From: Mizuhopecten yessoensis
Taxonomy: Eukaryota
NCBI RefSeq assembly: GCF_002113885.1
Contig: NW_018408751.1
Location: forward strand, 531,312 to 595,311
DNA: 64,000 nt
Direction: 5' to 3'
The notes under the pieces are model-generated. The model did no database searches. It was not told where the DNA came from and worked only from the letters and a program-made list of their open reading frames with translations. Below, one piece after another: positions 37,501 to 50,500 of this stretch. Positions within the stretch are counted from its first letter, which is position 1. Every line of letters starts with the position of its first letter. Both the position numbers and the translations under genes were made by a program.

Positions 37501-37975
37501 TGACTTTTGGAAAATATTTGCATTGGTTTGGGAAAATACAGCAAAAATATTTTAGGGGAAGGGACCCTTGTATATCCTAAAAAATCTCTGAAAAGAGAAT
37601 TTTCTGTTAAAAAAGATTTATTTATATTTATCAAAATTAGACAACATATCATAAAGTATGTTCAATAGTAGGGATTGGTAAAATAAGAATATCAACTAAT
37701 TCACAGATGATAATAAAAAAAAAATGTATATTCAGCTCTTGATATTGAATTACAAAATAAAAATATGAATTAATTTTACTTACGTTTCAGGTTTCCGTAG
37801 GACTATCCAGCTCTTCACAAAAGCAGAAACGGCAGCCAACAGCCCAAAACAGGACGACTCTGCAACTATTACTGAAACAGCAGCTAGTGCCCCAACTCCG
37901 ATAAGTCCAGAGCAAAATATGGAAGCATCGGAAACATGTGCTGGACTGGAGAATACAAAACCAAATGAGAGCTGA
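34566..37975 (+). CDS. MEPCE: 7SK snRNA methylphosphate capping enzyme (Bin3 family SAM-dependent methyltransferase), about 636 aa
   Basis: Exons 34566-35945, 36541-36759, 37296-37422, 37791-37975 (1911 nt, open). Family motifs: [31 protein letters not shown] motif [20 protein letters not shown]|[69 protein letters not shown]. Confidence 0.97.
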
Positions 37976-40885
37976 ATCAAGCTGATCTGCGGATACACTG
38001 GATTTAACTTAACCAGACAGTGTGTGTTGGAACTGATAACTGTGGTTACATTGAAAATTAGATACAATAGTCTTTGAAAAATTGTATGTGTTGACATGTT
38101 ACTGCCATACTTGTGCATTTTGGTGTTGATAAATGTCTTATTCTTACTATAAAACTGACCAGAAACTGAAACCAGAAGATGAATATATATAATATGTAGT
38201 AATCTTAGATCTAATAGCTACTGCAGTTTACAAGTCTTTCAGAAGTTCATTTTATCCTATTTTCTCAAAACATTCTCAATTAACTCTTTTACAAATAAAT
38301 GATTATGCAATGTTTGAATGATTCTTGATCGAAAAACTGAAGATGTATACTTTACTAGGTAACTGCTGTGATCTATATACTAGGTACCTTAATTGTGTAT
38401 CTGCAGTGTAAAGACAAGAAAAACATAACTTGATGTTACTTACTTAATACTGATACTTCTTGCCAGTAACTTTAAAAAAAAATGAAAATAAATCGTTATA
38501 ATCTACGATTTCAATCTCATGATATTGAATGATTTGACAAAAAGTAAAAAGAAAAAATCAGCAATTTTGTGTCTGCTATTATAATATTATTTTAATGAAA
38601 GGTCAAGGGAGCATTTAACTTTGTAATGATAAATAAGCAGAGTAGACCTGTAAAAGACGTATTTAGGTATGAACATTCTCAATGATGACAAGTGCTGATG
38701 TAAGTGAAACAACCAATAAGAGTTCACTGTAAAGACCTAGTTTTGTCTGATTAGAAACATAACTGTAAAAATGTTGAATTAAACCAATTGTGTAAACACA
38801 GTCAGAATCATGAAGTTTCTTTATTGTTTCTTAGAGGGAATGATATTGTTTGGACTTCTCATGCATCGGTTACAACAGTGCAAAGTCTGTTTTAAAACTT
38901 GAGGTAGGCTTTGGATCATCATAAAAGTCCTCTGGATATTTTCTGATAACTTTCGGAATTTTTTTTTGATGCATATATTTTTCTGAAACTGAATGACGTT
39001 CATAAGTTCCTGCTTGATAAATAACTATCTCCCTTAGATAAAGTCTGCACCTGTTTAGCGAAGTAACCATTAGTTAACTTTTATGTTTGATTTTCTTATA
39101 CAATACAAGGCAAAGACTGAATATGCGAATCAAGGGGGTGTACTAGAATAGGGGCATCTGTTAGATTGTCTGGACTAAATTTATTTGTTTTGATTAAACA
39201 CTACTTTTTGACATGGTGACACATTTTTGCAGAGTTGTGTCCCTTTTCTCAAGAATGTCTGATACATGCACTTCTGATAAATGTGCATATATGTTTTATC
39301 TTGACATTTTTTTTTAGAGTTGAAATTAAAAATGACAAAACAAGCAGTCTACTCTTAAAATACTCCATAGAAATTAAGGAAGCTTAAACAAGTGAAATTT
39401 CTCAGAATACATGTATATGTGTACTTTGTACAATTAATCACTTTGCAATTGAATTTTTATTTCTTTATTTTGCTTTATACCCCACTCAATGCTGAAACAA
39501 GTAAGCTCCTTTTCAGTTTTCTGGCTACATGATATGTATGTACAGTATCCCAATGGGAAAATATTTTTCCAAATAAATAGAACGGAAAGAATATATTTTT
39601 CTTTCAAAATCTTTTCATGGATATCAAAGTTTTTTTTAATTCCGGATAATATTTCCCCGATTTTGCAATTGTGTCCAAAATTTTCCTAATTTTAATTCAG
39701 AGATCTTAACCCAAATACATTCTATAACAAAACAAAAAAACCTGTTTGACATTAAAATGTTTTGTTCAATGTCAACCATGCATCTTATTTGTTTTAGTCC
39801 ATGTTTGTGAGATATTGTTAAATTGTCCTAAAACTTGGATATGTCCATTCTTATCTATGATGTATCTTGGCCAGTTGTGGTATTTGTAATACAGCATTCT
39901 CATTCTCATTTCGTTATTTAGTTTCATTTACAAATGCATTTTTGTAGAAATAAAATCATTCATTGATTGTTTAACCAATTTCTGAAATCAATATTGAACA
40001 CTAGTTTGCAATTATTTTAACATTTTCAGTTGTTTTCCGAAACTCAACCTTCAATGTTTTTCAAACTTGTAAAAAGTGGATTTAAAGGAATATTGAATTT
40101 CAACCCCTTAGATAAGATTGCTATCATTTCCTCCGACAATTTTCCCTCTGTTTATGAGATTAATAGAGTCTTTCACACTCTGGAAAAAATACAGAAAAGA
40201 TCTTGACCCTATGGGTCTGGCCCTTGTTTTTCCTCACACCAGACATTTAATATTGCAAATCTTGCCATGCTTGATGATTGAGAAATGTTTCTGTCCTACT
40301 CCAAATTGGGGAAAGATATATTTCTCCCACCTCAAATATGAGTGTTGATGGCATGAAATACAAACATAGTTTAACAGTAGGGCCAATAGAGATCCTTCCA
40401 TAATCTACTTTTCTTGACGAGACACCATATTGATTATTTTTCTGACGTCACATCATTGTTTATAGCAGCTTGTGTGGCTTGTCTGTACCCTAACATGTGT
40501 CTGTCCAAGATGTCTAATCCTTTTGTAAATACAATGAATTTTGTTGAAACCAAAAAATCCAAGATGGGTGAATTCCATGTCTGCTTCATACAGAAATTAT
40601 ATATCTGAGAATAACTATGCTAGTTTAAAAAGGTATATATTTTCCTTGATCATTGAACAAAATGCTTCATGATTTGAGGTACAATGTATGCTATGTTTTT
40701 TTCCACTTTTCTCATGGGGTGATTTTTTGGCAAATACTCAAATATTTATCATTATATCGACGAAAAACTTGAAAAATTTAATTACATACATGAGATGTCT
40801 CTGTTCAAGGTAAGTAGGGAAATCTGTCCATTTTCAAAATGATTGTACGTTATGTTGGTGGAGCACAAATCCCATCCTCAATTTC

Positions 40886-40944
40886 CAGGGGTTACGATCA
40901 CCTACACTCTCTACAGTAGAGGGTGTAGGTGATTGTAACCCCTG
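40886..40944 (+). repeat. 59-bp fold-back hairpin (29-bp arms, 1-nt spacer)
   Basis: CAGGGGTTACGATCACCTACACTCTCTAC-A-GTAGAGGGTGTAGGTGATTGTAACCCCTG. Two mismatches, both G-U pairs on the plus strand. Confidence 0.9.
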
Positions 40945-41860
40945 AAAAAATCGAGGATGCACAAATCCTGACTGTACCCGGTCTTGTTCAAATTCGAAGT
41001 TTAGGGTAAATATAGCATGATTGTAAACAGACATTTCATTGTTTGACCTTAATACCACATGACAATTGGTTGTTGGTTGGTAATGAAGCAGAACAGGTAG
41101 ACATTGCCTGCTTATCAAGTCCTGTATCCACTGGTTGGTGCAAATGTAGACAGAAAACACGGCAACATTAGCAGCGTCTAATGTGCCATTGCAATAATAT
41201 TTGTTGTTTGACAGGGTTTTTGCCAGGTGTTTATAGGGTCCGGTACAGAAACCATTCCCAATTGAAAAATTACCCTGCATTTTCCCAATTTCAGTCTTTA
41301 TTTTCCAAATTTGATTAAAAAGCATGTTTATATAAGTTTCCAGTTGTAATTTGTGCAACGTTCAAAGTGCAGGTGTATTATCGTCCATGGAAGAGCATTC
41401 AAAATACATAAATATTTGAAATTGGAAAAGCAAAACACAAAAAAAAAAAATGTTTGTTTATAGCTATACATTTTACTGAAACAAACAGGTGGAGAAAAAC
41501 ATTTTGCTAATCAAATTGCGGGTTGAATTAATCTATGATATTTTCCCAAACCTGTACATGTGGGAACACTGATGAAATTTCCCAACTTTTGCCAAATGCC
41601 GATGATATTTTCCCAATTCCTGCTAAGGGATCCTTTCCCAAATTAGCTGGCAAAAACTCCGGTTTGCAACATAATGAATCATAACACAAGTTTTCAAAAT
41701 GCATTTTTTTTAAACTTCTAAAAAATTTGAAATGTTTTTGTATTTCTTATCTTTGGACATTGTAAATCCCTATACTTTTTGTTTATAGTTTCAATGTTTT
41801 TGAAAGTTCATCAGATGAAATATTTTTCGTAAACTTCTCAATAAGCTAACTCGGCTTTAA

Positions 41861-41943
41861 CCCTTTCACCACTGTAGAACATTATTGACTCTTCCAAGTT
41901 AATGCATAGTCGAATTCGCTCAAGATACATAGGGGTGAAAGGG
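41861..41943. mobile_element. 83-bp piggyBac-like MITE (diverged copy)
   Basis: TTAA|CCCTTTCACCACT...AGGGGTGAAAGGG. Terminal inverted repeats related to the copies at 59140-62733. Confidence 0.6.
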
Positions 41944-42460
41944 TGGAACAATGTGGCTTAACATTGATTGTATTGTTGCCTCTGACAACAAAATGATCCA
42001 TTTTTGGTCAGTTAGTCAGTAAGCAATTTGAGGTGGTAACAAATAATTTCTTTGTTAAGGTGCTTACTTTAGCATTATTAAATCATGTGTTAGCATTTTC
42101 ATGCAGATTTGAAAGCGCTAAATAATAGCTGCTTAGTATAAGATAATTATTCTTCAATGTTATATGTTATTGGCAGCTTTAATGCAAAATAATTATGTGC
42201 GTAATCATTTGTGAGTGGCATTATTACAGTGAAATGTATAAAATTGTAGTAATGAGAATTACTATGATTTCAATGATATACATGTAATTTCTCCTGTGTA
42301 TAATGGGGCAGAAAATGTAGTTTACAAATATTGCCAGTATGCAGTACAAGTATCAGTGATGTATATCTACTCTTCTAGAAGGAATATAATGATCTTAAGC
42401 TTTATAAATGTTAAAAATAACACTGAATAAAATTCAGTCAAGTCATTGTTGTTCTGTCTA

Positions 42461-44891
42461 TTTTTATACGAACGTCAAATTTGACGGTACCTAGTATTAT
42501 GGTATGGCGTTGTCCGAACGGCGTAAACTTTGTTTGTCCGGCAATCTCCTTCTACAATTTTCGACCGATCAATTTGAAACTTGGTATACATTATAATCAT
42601 GATATGAAGTTGTGTCTCCCTTAAAAGAATTATGATTCGACAATTTTTCCAAAAGTAATTGCCCTTTGTTCATTTCAGTATTTAATTTTTTTGGCCGAAA
42701 ATTTTCTCCTACATTTTTAGCTCACCTGGTCCGAAGGACCTTGGTGAGCTTATGCCATACCGCAGCGTCCATCGTCAGTCGTCCGTCCGTCCGTCTGTCC
42801 GTCAACTTTTCGTTTAAACGCTACTAGTCATGAACGAATGAGCAGATTTTGACCAAATTTGCCCAAAAGCATCCTTGGGGGAAGGGGAACAAATGTTGTA
42901 TAAATGGTGGGTCTGGCCCCCCTGGGGGCTGAGGGGCGGGGCCCAATAGGGGAAATATAGCAAATTCTTTAAAATCCTTCTTCTTCTGTAAGAACGAAAG
43001 AATTTGTTCCATATTTGGTCTGAAGCATTCTTGGGTGAAGGGAAACCAATTTTGTATAAACCGTAGCTCTGGCCCCCCTGGGGGCTGAGGGGCGGGGCCA
43101 AACAGGGGAAATTTAACAAATTCTTTAAAATCCTTCTTCTTCTGTAGGAATGAAAGGATTTGTTCCATACTTGGTCTAAAGCATCCTTGGGAGAAGGGGA
43201 ACTAATCTTGTATAAACCATTGGTGTGGCCCCCCAGGGGCCTGAGGGGTGGGGCCAAATAGGGGAAACATAGCAAATTATTCTTTAAAATCCTTCTTCTT
43301 CGGTAGGAATAAAAGGAATTGGTCCATATTAAGTGTGAAGCATCCTTGGGTAAAGGGGAACCAATTTTGTATAAACTGTGGGTGTGGCCCCCCTGGGGGC
43401 TGAGGGGCGGGGCCCAATAGGGGAAATATAGCAAATTCTTTAAAATCCTTCTTCTGTATGAATGAAAGGATTCGTTCCATATTTGGTCTGAAGCATCCTT
43501 GGGTAAAGCAAAACCAATTTTGTATAAACTGTGGGTCTGGTCCCCGCAGGGGCCTGAGGGGCGGGGTCCAATAGGGGAAACATAGCAAATTATTCTTTAA
43601 AATCCTTCTTCTTTTGTAGGAACGAAAGGATTCGTTCCATATTTGGTCAGAAGCATCCTTGGGTGAAGGGGAACCAATTTTGTAAAAATCGTGGGTGTGA
43701 CCCCCCTGGGGGCTGAGGGGCGGGGTCCAATAGGGGAAATATAGCAAATTATTCTTTAAAATCCTTCTTCTTCTGTAGGAATGAAAGGATTTGGTCCATA
43801 TTTGGTGTGGAGCATCCATGGATAAAGGGGAACCAATTTTGTATAAACGATGGGTCGGGCCCCCCTGGGGGCTGAGGGGCGGGGCCCAATAGGGGAAATA
43901 TAGCAAATTCTTTTAAATCCTTCTTCTTCTGTAGGAATAAAAGGATTTGTTCTGAAGCATCCTTGGGTGAAGGGGAACCAATTTTGTAAAAATCGTGGGT
44001 GTGACCCCCCTGGGGGCTGAGGGGCGGGGTCCAATAGGGGAAATATAGCAAATTATTCTTTAAAATCCTTCTTCTTCTGTAGGAATGAAAGGATTTGGTC
44101 CATATTTGGTGTGGAGCATCCATGGGTAAAGAGGAACCAATTTTGTATAAACCGTAGATTTTGCCCCCCTGGGGGCTGAGGGGCGGGGTCCCATACTAGA
44201 AGTATAGCAAATTCTTTAAAATTCTTCGTCTGTAGGAATGAAAGGATTTGGTCCATATTTGGTGTGGAGCATCCATGGGTAAAGAGGAACCAATTTTGTA
44301 TAAACCGTAGATTTTGCCCCCCTGGGGGCTGAGGGGCGGGGCCCAATAGGGGAAATAGAGGTAAAAACTTTAAAATCCTTCTTCTACCATAAAGATTAAG
44401 GGATTTCATCCAAATTTAGTCTGGAGCATCAATGGGCCAAGGGGACTCAATTTTGTATAAGCAGTGGGTGTGGTCTCCCAAGGGGCAGAAGGGCGGGGCC
44501 CAATAGGAGACATAGAGGTTAAACCTTTAAAATCCTTCTTCGACCATCGGGATTATGGGATTTTATCCTTATTTAGTCTGGAGCATCATTGGGTCAAGGA
44601 TACTCAATTTTGTATAATTGGTGGGTATGACCCCCCTAGGGGTGGGGCTCTGTTTGAAGTTTGTTCTCACTATATCTCAAGTACTGTATGGATCTTTCTG
44701 GAATTTCATATGTACTTACAGCACCTACTTCTTACCAATTATTTTAAACATATTCAGGTGAGCGATACAGGCCCTCTGGGCCTCTTGTTTATAGCATATC
44801 AGCTAACCACTCTTATTTCAATGTAAGAAAGTATATAACACTTTATGGCATTTGACGGGCGTATTTTGTTCCGCCCCGCGGTACTCCTGTT
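42461..44891 (+). mobile_element. Short HINE-like element split by a nested insertion (host parts 42461-42718 and 44788-44891)
   Basis: Both parts match the uninterrupted copy at 32731-33099 in reverse complement. Ends CCGCGGTACTCCTGTT. Confidence 0.8.
42716..44789 (+). mobile_element. Non-autonomous Helentron-associated (HINE / DINE-1 / pearl-like) element with about 11-12 central ~157-bp satellite units
   Basis: 5' hairpin AGCTCACC..GGTGAGCT, (GTCC)n microsatellite at about 42775-42803, tandem ~157-bp units, subterminal IR CAGGTGAGC, 3' hairpin AGGCCC-TCT-GGGCCT, ends CTTGTT, inserted in a T run. Confidence 0.88.
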
Positions 44892-45886
44892 AACCCTGTA
44901 CTAATTTAGTGATATTCAGATGAATCAATGTCTCGGCATGAACAAGTCATTTACTATTGGTCTTGGTTGCAATTGTTTATAATCATTTAAAGTACGTAGG
45001 AAGTGTTTATTGACTATTTGATGTAAAAAAAAATACTGACCCGCATCAATAAGTCATAATTACTTGGCTAAATTCAGATGTAATTTAGATGCATAATACA
45101 TGTATATATATATATATATAGGATGTTACATAAGTTTCCATTTCATATGAGATTAATGAAACAAGTCTTAAGAATTTTTCGACTTAGCGAGCATAAATGA
45201 AAAACTTGTGACGAGTTTCATAAATTTCATATGAAATGAAAACTAGCGTAAGATCCTTTTAATCACATAATCAAGATTTATAGCATTTATTCGTGTAAAA
45301 TGACATGTTCATGCAACATTGAAATGTAAAACGCCGCAATTTTGACTCCAGTGCGTAAGTCTGTGACGTCGTGTACAAAAAATATGACAACGGTATTTTC
45401 ACTGGATAACACAGTACATTATGTGATAAAACTTTTTTAACCCACAGGGCAAAGTTAGCTTGTTCCTTGGGCCGGCATCCATCCGACGTCAACAGTTTTC
45501 TTTAAACGGCTTCTTTTTGATAACCAAAATAACTAGGGTGATGATATTTGACCAGAAGAATACTGGGAAGAAGAGCTACCACGTTTGTTCAAAACAATAA
45601 CTTAAAAACCATGTCATAAACACTGAGGAAAACAGTGTACACATGTCTGATGTCAAAACGATTAGGAACAACATGTTTAATGCCATAACTAATGGGTAAA
45701 AATATATCAAATAGGAATAGATGTACACGTCTGATGTCATTGACAATGCATCAAAATAATATTTGTTTTAAATAGGCGCTTTCTTCTTAATATTTTCAGT
45801 GATTTTCTTAAATACCTTGATATATAGACCAATGGGAAACGCATGTATATGATGCAAGAATCAATGGGAAATTACATGTCTGATTT

Positions 45887-46232
45887 CAACCAATGAGAAA
45901 GAGTGTACGCTGTACACCTCCAACGTCTTAACCAATGAGAAAGAGTGTTTGCTGTGCACCTCCAACGTCTTAACCAATGAGAAACAGTGTACGCTGTGCA
46001 CCTCCAACGTCTTAACCAATGAGAAACAGTGTACACTGTGCACCTCCAACCTCTTAACCAATGAGAAACAGGTTACGCTGTGCACCTCCAACGTCTTAAC
46101 CAATGAGAAACAGTGTACGCTGTGCACCTCCAATGTCTTAACCAATGAGAAACAGTGTACGCTGTGTACCTCCAATGTCCTAACCAATGAGAAACAGTGT
46201 ACGCTGTGCACCTCCAATGTCCTAACCAATGG
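45887..46232. repeat. 42-bp minisatellite (about 8 copies) within older degenerate related repeats (about 45600-46600)
   Basis: Unit ACCAATGAGAAACAGTGTACGCTGTGCACCTCCAACGTCTTA. Confidence 0.95.
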
Positions 46233-46774
46233 TGAAACTGCGATCATAACGAGTAATAGCTTGTGTGCGTCATTTCATAACCAGTAGAACAGTTTATACG
46301 TACATAATATCAATTCGTAGCCGCCAATGGAATACTAGGTACTCGTGCTGCTATCATAGCCTTTATGTAATATGATACATATGTTTTACCTTATAACAAG
46401 CTCAGTGGGCGTCATAAACGAGATTAAAACAGTACTGGCCTCTGATGCCAAATTTAATTGTTAGATACGTGTCTGATGCCATACCCACTACAAAAATATT
46501 CGGTCTGATAAAGCCGTTCAATATGGCGGTATAATTTGTCTTGATGCCATAGACAATCAGAAATTGGGTGTTTCTCATGCAACAGACAATAGGAAAGGTG
46601 AATTTGTATGGATGGTTTTCGGGGGAATAGCGAAAAGAAGGCCAGGTATAATTATGAAATATTCATCATCCTTAAATTGGTCCATTAAAAAGCCATAAGA
46701 GTCAACTTAATTTGGAATCTTATATTTTCTCTTCTTTCTAAACAACTTTCTTCTTCCTAATGTCTCCCTTGACA

Positions 46775-47169
46775 ATGCCTCACTTTTGGCCTTTAGTTGA
46801 GCGTTCGCCCCTGTGAGGAAGGCTTTGGGTTCTGTCCCCTGGCCGAGACATACCAGAGTCTCTAAAAATGGTGGTTTCCACTCCTGCTTAACGCTCAGCA
46901 ATTTAGGAGTGGGACGACTGGTTAGCCCGTTGCCAGCATACTGTTACCGGTTGGGGTGTCCTGCTGGAAGTTTTCGGAATTATGTTTCAGTGAGGTAGCA
47001 CTATAAAGTCGGCATCAGTCCGCGCTATCAAAAGGAGACAAACACGAACATATTGCAGCATACCAAAACACACACGCATACACTACACGCATGCATATTG
47101 CACACAGGGGAGGCCGTCCTTAAATGACCATAGCTGTTGATAGGACGTTAAACAATACTAAACCAAACC
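46775..47169 (+). mobile_element. tRNA-derived SINE with a Meta-like central domain
   Basis: Degenerate A/B boxes (TGGCCTTTAGTTGAGCG..GGGTTCTGTCCC). Central ACGCTCAGCAATTTAGGAG..GACTGGTT..TTTCAGTGAGGTAGCACTATAAA resembles the bivalve MetaSINE domain (from memory). Tail CGTCCTTAAATGACCATAGCTGTTGATAGGACGTTAAAC followed by AAACC repeats. Confidence 0.75.
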
Positions 47170-47538
47170 TTACCAGGAATGGAAGATGGACGTAATACAC
47201 ACATAGGTGTATGCATCTACTGTCCTATAATATTTGGTAATTATGCCAAAATGAACTACAGTAACACTGCATCATTCTTCTAAGGCTAGAGGCCAAAATG
47301 TTCGCCATCCAAATTGGTCTGAACGTCTGTTGAAACAGGGAGGGAGGTGCGTGAGACCCCATATTTTATGAATTTCAAAATATAGATGGGAGTACTAGTT
47401 AATTTCAAGTTAAAAAATAAGTCAGTTAAGTATTATATTATGAACCATGCAACTACTCTCAAAACACAACAGAATTCATTGTAAAATATACAAGCCTTTA
47501 TTATTTGTTTATTTGACATTTTGCTGCGAAAGAAAGTT

Positions 47539-50500
47539 TTAATCATCTGCCTTTTCATCATTTTGGAGCCGCTTTGACCCTAAGGTGATACCTTGAAGAA
47601 CAGACATAGCCAGATGTTCGGTAGAAAACTTAACACTTTCAGACGTCACAGGTCTGCTTGTTTGAACAATTTGCTGGTTCGTTGTCATATCGATGCCTGA
47701 AGTTGGTATATGAGGCGGGTATGTTGCAGATCCCGTGGTCTGGCCATTTCCTATAGGCGCTGTTGCCTGTCCTGTCGAGACTGGCTTGACTGAAATAAGC
47801 ACAAAGCATTGAGGAAATATCCCACACCATTTATCGAAAGACTACAAACGTAGAGCGACACAACATTCGCCGACAACCAAAGGTAGGGAAACATTGGAGG
47901 GTCGGGTTTGACGGAATCAACTTTTCATTCGGTAACACCAAACAAGTGCAAATTCAAAGATGATTAGAGAACATGATTGTGGGACAGGTAACACAGCTTA
48001 CAATTTTTAAGGAAGTATTCATTGAAAAACAACGGATATTGGGGGGAATTTGCTTCCAAACACAACTAATGTGTAAGCGAAACTGGAGGCCGTTGACAAA
48101 GTTCACGGATATTCCCATGAAAATGCCGGCATTTTTAAGAAAAATCTCAGGATCTTTTGCATGTTCATTCGGCTAAAACAATACTCTTACTTTTTTAAAG
48201 TTTCAACAATACCGTAATTTGAACTCAAAATCGATAATATTAGGGCAAAATATGAATTAAAGAAAGATTTATCATGGAGACCAATAAAGTACAAGGATAG
48301 TTATACAGGGTTTTCAAGAAAGTTCAACTTCAAAAGTTAGATTCAAGAATGGTATAAGAAGGCCTTTGTTTTCAGCTGGTCTCAGGGGAGTACATAGTTT
48401 TCCTCGTTATTTTTTAGCAAATAATTCTCCACAACTGAAGGCTCAAACACCCCCATACTTACAGTACTGACATATGTAGGAGTAGTGGACCCCGACGCCA
48501 CTACAGCGATAGTCATGCCACCTCCCAAGGGTGTCATCCAGTCGGATCTGGGCACAGTCCTCGGATTCGTGACTTGGAGCGAATAGGAAACCCCCAGTGT
48601 GCTGTGGTCCCTCCCCCGGCATCCAATTCGTCCAGTTCAACACCTGACCTAAAACAGCATTCGAGGTTTGGGTTAATCAATCCTTATGATGACCGTACCC
48701 GTATAGCATTTAAAGTAGTAAGATGTAGCCCTCAAACGAACACCTTCACCTCTGACTCACTCGGAATACACTGTTACACTTCTGATACTGCTAGCAACAC
48801 AGGTACTAGCCTCGTTATGCAACTATATTAATTGGTGTATTGCCAGACGAGTCTAGTACCTGTGCTAGTAATAAACAGAAGTGCTACTGTTACGTCTCTG
48901 ACGTGTGTGCATAATACTTGTGTCTTTTAAATAAGTTATACTTTGTAAGTTCGTCAGCAATAGCAACTCGTACCTGTTATGAAGGACCATTTGCTAAACC
49001 ATTCGGTACCTATACTTACATTTTAATGCAGTAATTATTTATTTATTTCACATCTCTAACGTTTTTCGTGAGGTTTTAGAACAGCAAAGTCTGTGTTGTC
49101 ACAATCAAATCGATGACGTCATAGGAATTGCCACCTGGGTCTCACTCACAACACATATTGCATTTTTGTGCATTACAATGGGAGTTTGTAGATCAAAATC
49201 AAAACTTACAGCTGTCAAATCGAAACATTACCTATATTTTGATATTTCCTGGTACTTGACGCGTTTATAACGTTACCTGTGACCCACATCCACTTCTGTT
49301 CCACATCATGGTCTGTAGCTCCGATCCAGACCCCGTGTCTGTCCCAGTGAAGAACCTCCCTCAATGTGTTAAGGATGAATTTCTGGAAATCCAGGTCGAC
49401 AACCTGCACAAGGTCCCCTCCTCGATGGTTACAGTCCTTCCTGGCATCGACCCATGTCTTCTCCACATGTATAAACTGGAAACAATAGTCGCCGAATTCC
49501 TGTAGGAACTGGTTTCTGGTTAGGGAGGCCGGACACGAGTCAATGCTACTCTCAGTCCCTCCTGAAGTAGAGCATTCACAGTTTGTATTAAGGTTCATCA
49601 ATTCTCTTAAAATATGGCATAATTACTTAATCTTTCAACCCCCTTGTCGGCATCGGTATGTTAGTCTCTATTGTGACCCAATCGAATGTTAAGAAATGAC
49701 CTAATATCTAAAGATTGTCTCTATTCCTTAGCTTTGTTTCTCTTTAAGTAGCAGTGGAGCGGCTTAATGGCTTCAGACCATGGAGGTTGTGACACGGATA
49801 TCACGGTTACACTTCTGACATGAGTGGATAATGCTAGTTACACAGGCACTATAGCCTCGTCTGTCAACTTTATTAATTGGTGAATTGGCGTATTGACGGA
49901 TACATTGTTTGTTATAAATTATATTACACTTTTCATTTACAACGTGTTTATAACATGTCTATCTCATTTATAATACAACAAAATGTTTTTGAAATGATAT
50001 GTCGTGTGAAGTTCTTTTATCAATCTAGGTCACTTGGCTCTCGTTTGTTTTGTTCATAATCTGCTGTTATATACATCTGGGGAATTCAACTGTGTTTTTA
50101 AGGTTTCGCATTGCCACATCCATCTTGATCCGAGGCTGAATATGCCTCTCCATAACTAGAAGAAGAGAAATGAAGCTCTCTACATGACCTAGGTATATAA
50201 ATGAGCGTTTAACACACACAAAAAAACATTTTGTAGCATTCTGTTGTTTTGCAAATGAGTGTGACATGTTATAATGCCGATGAGCTTCTTTTTTTCGATA
50301 TCTGCAAGAATGCCTCCTTATTGACTAAGTTTTAGGTCATCCTTCAGGAGCTTATATGTTTATCTGCAACCTACCATTACGTGCAGTTCACATGTTATAT
50401 ATCTTTTAGTTTTCCCAAAAAGACACAAGAAATAAATCCAAAATTGAGAAGAAGAAAAAATGAAAAATCATCAAATAATATTCCAAAATGGACCATTGAA

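Noticed and set aside
40834-41358. 174-aa minus-strand ORF
   Set aside because: No domain motif or splice support. It overlaps repeat-like sequence and the 59-bp hairpin.
42814-44826. Several 90-209 aa repetitive ORFs
   Set aside because: Translations of the satellite units inside the HINE-like element, broken by frameshifts between units.
45861-46287. Cys-repeat ORFs on both strands
   Set aside because: Products of the 42-bp minisatellite, with no exon context.
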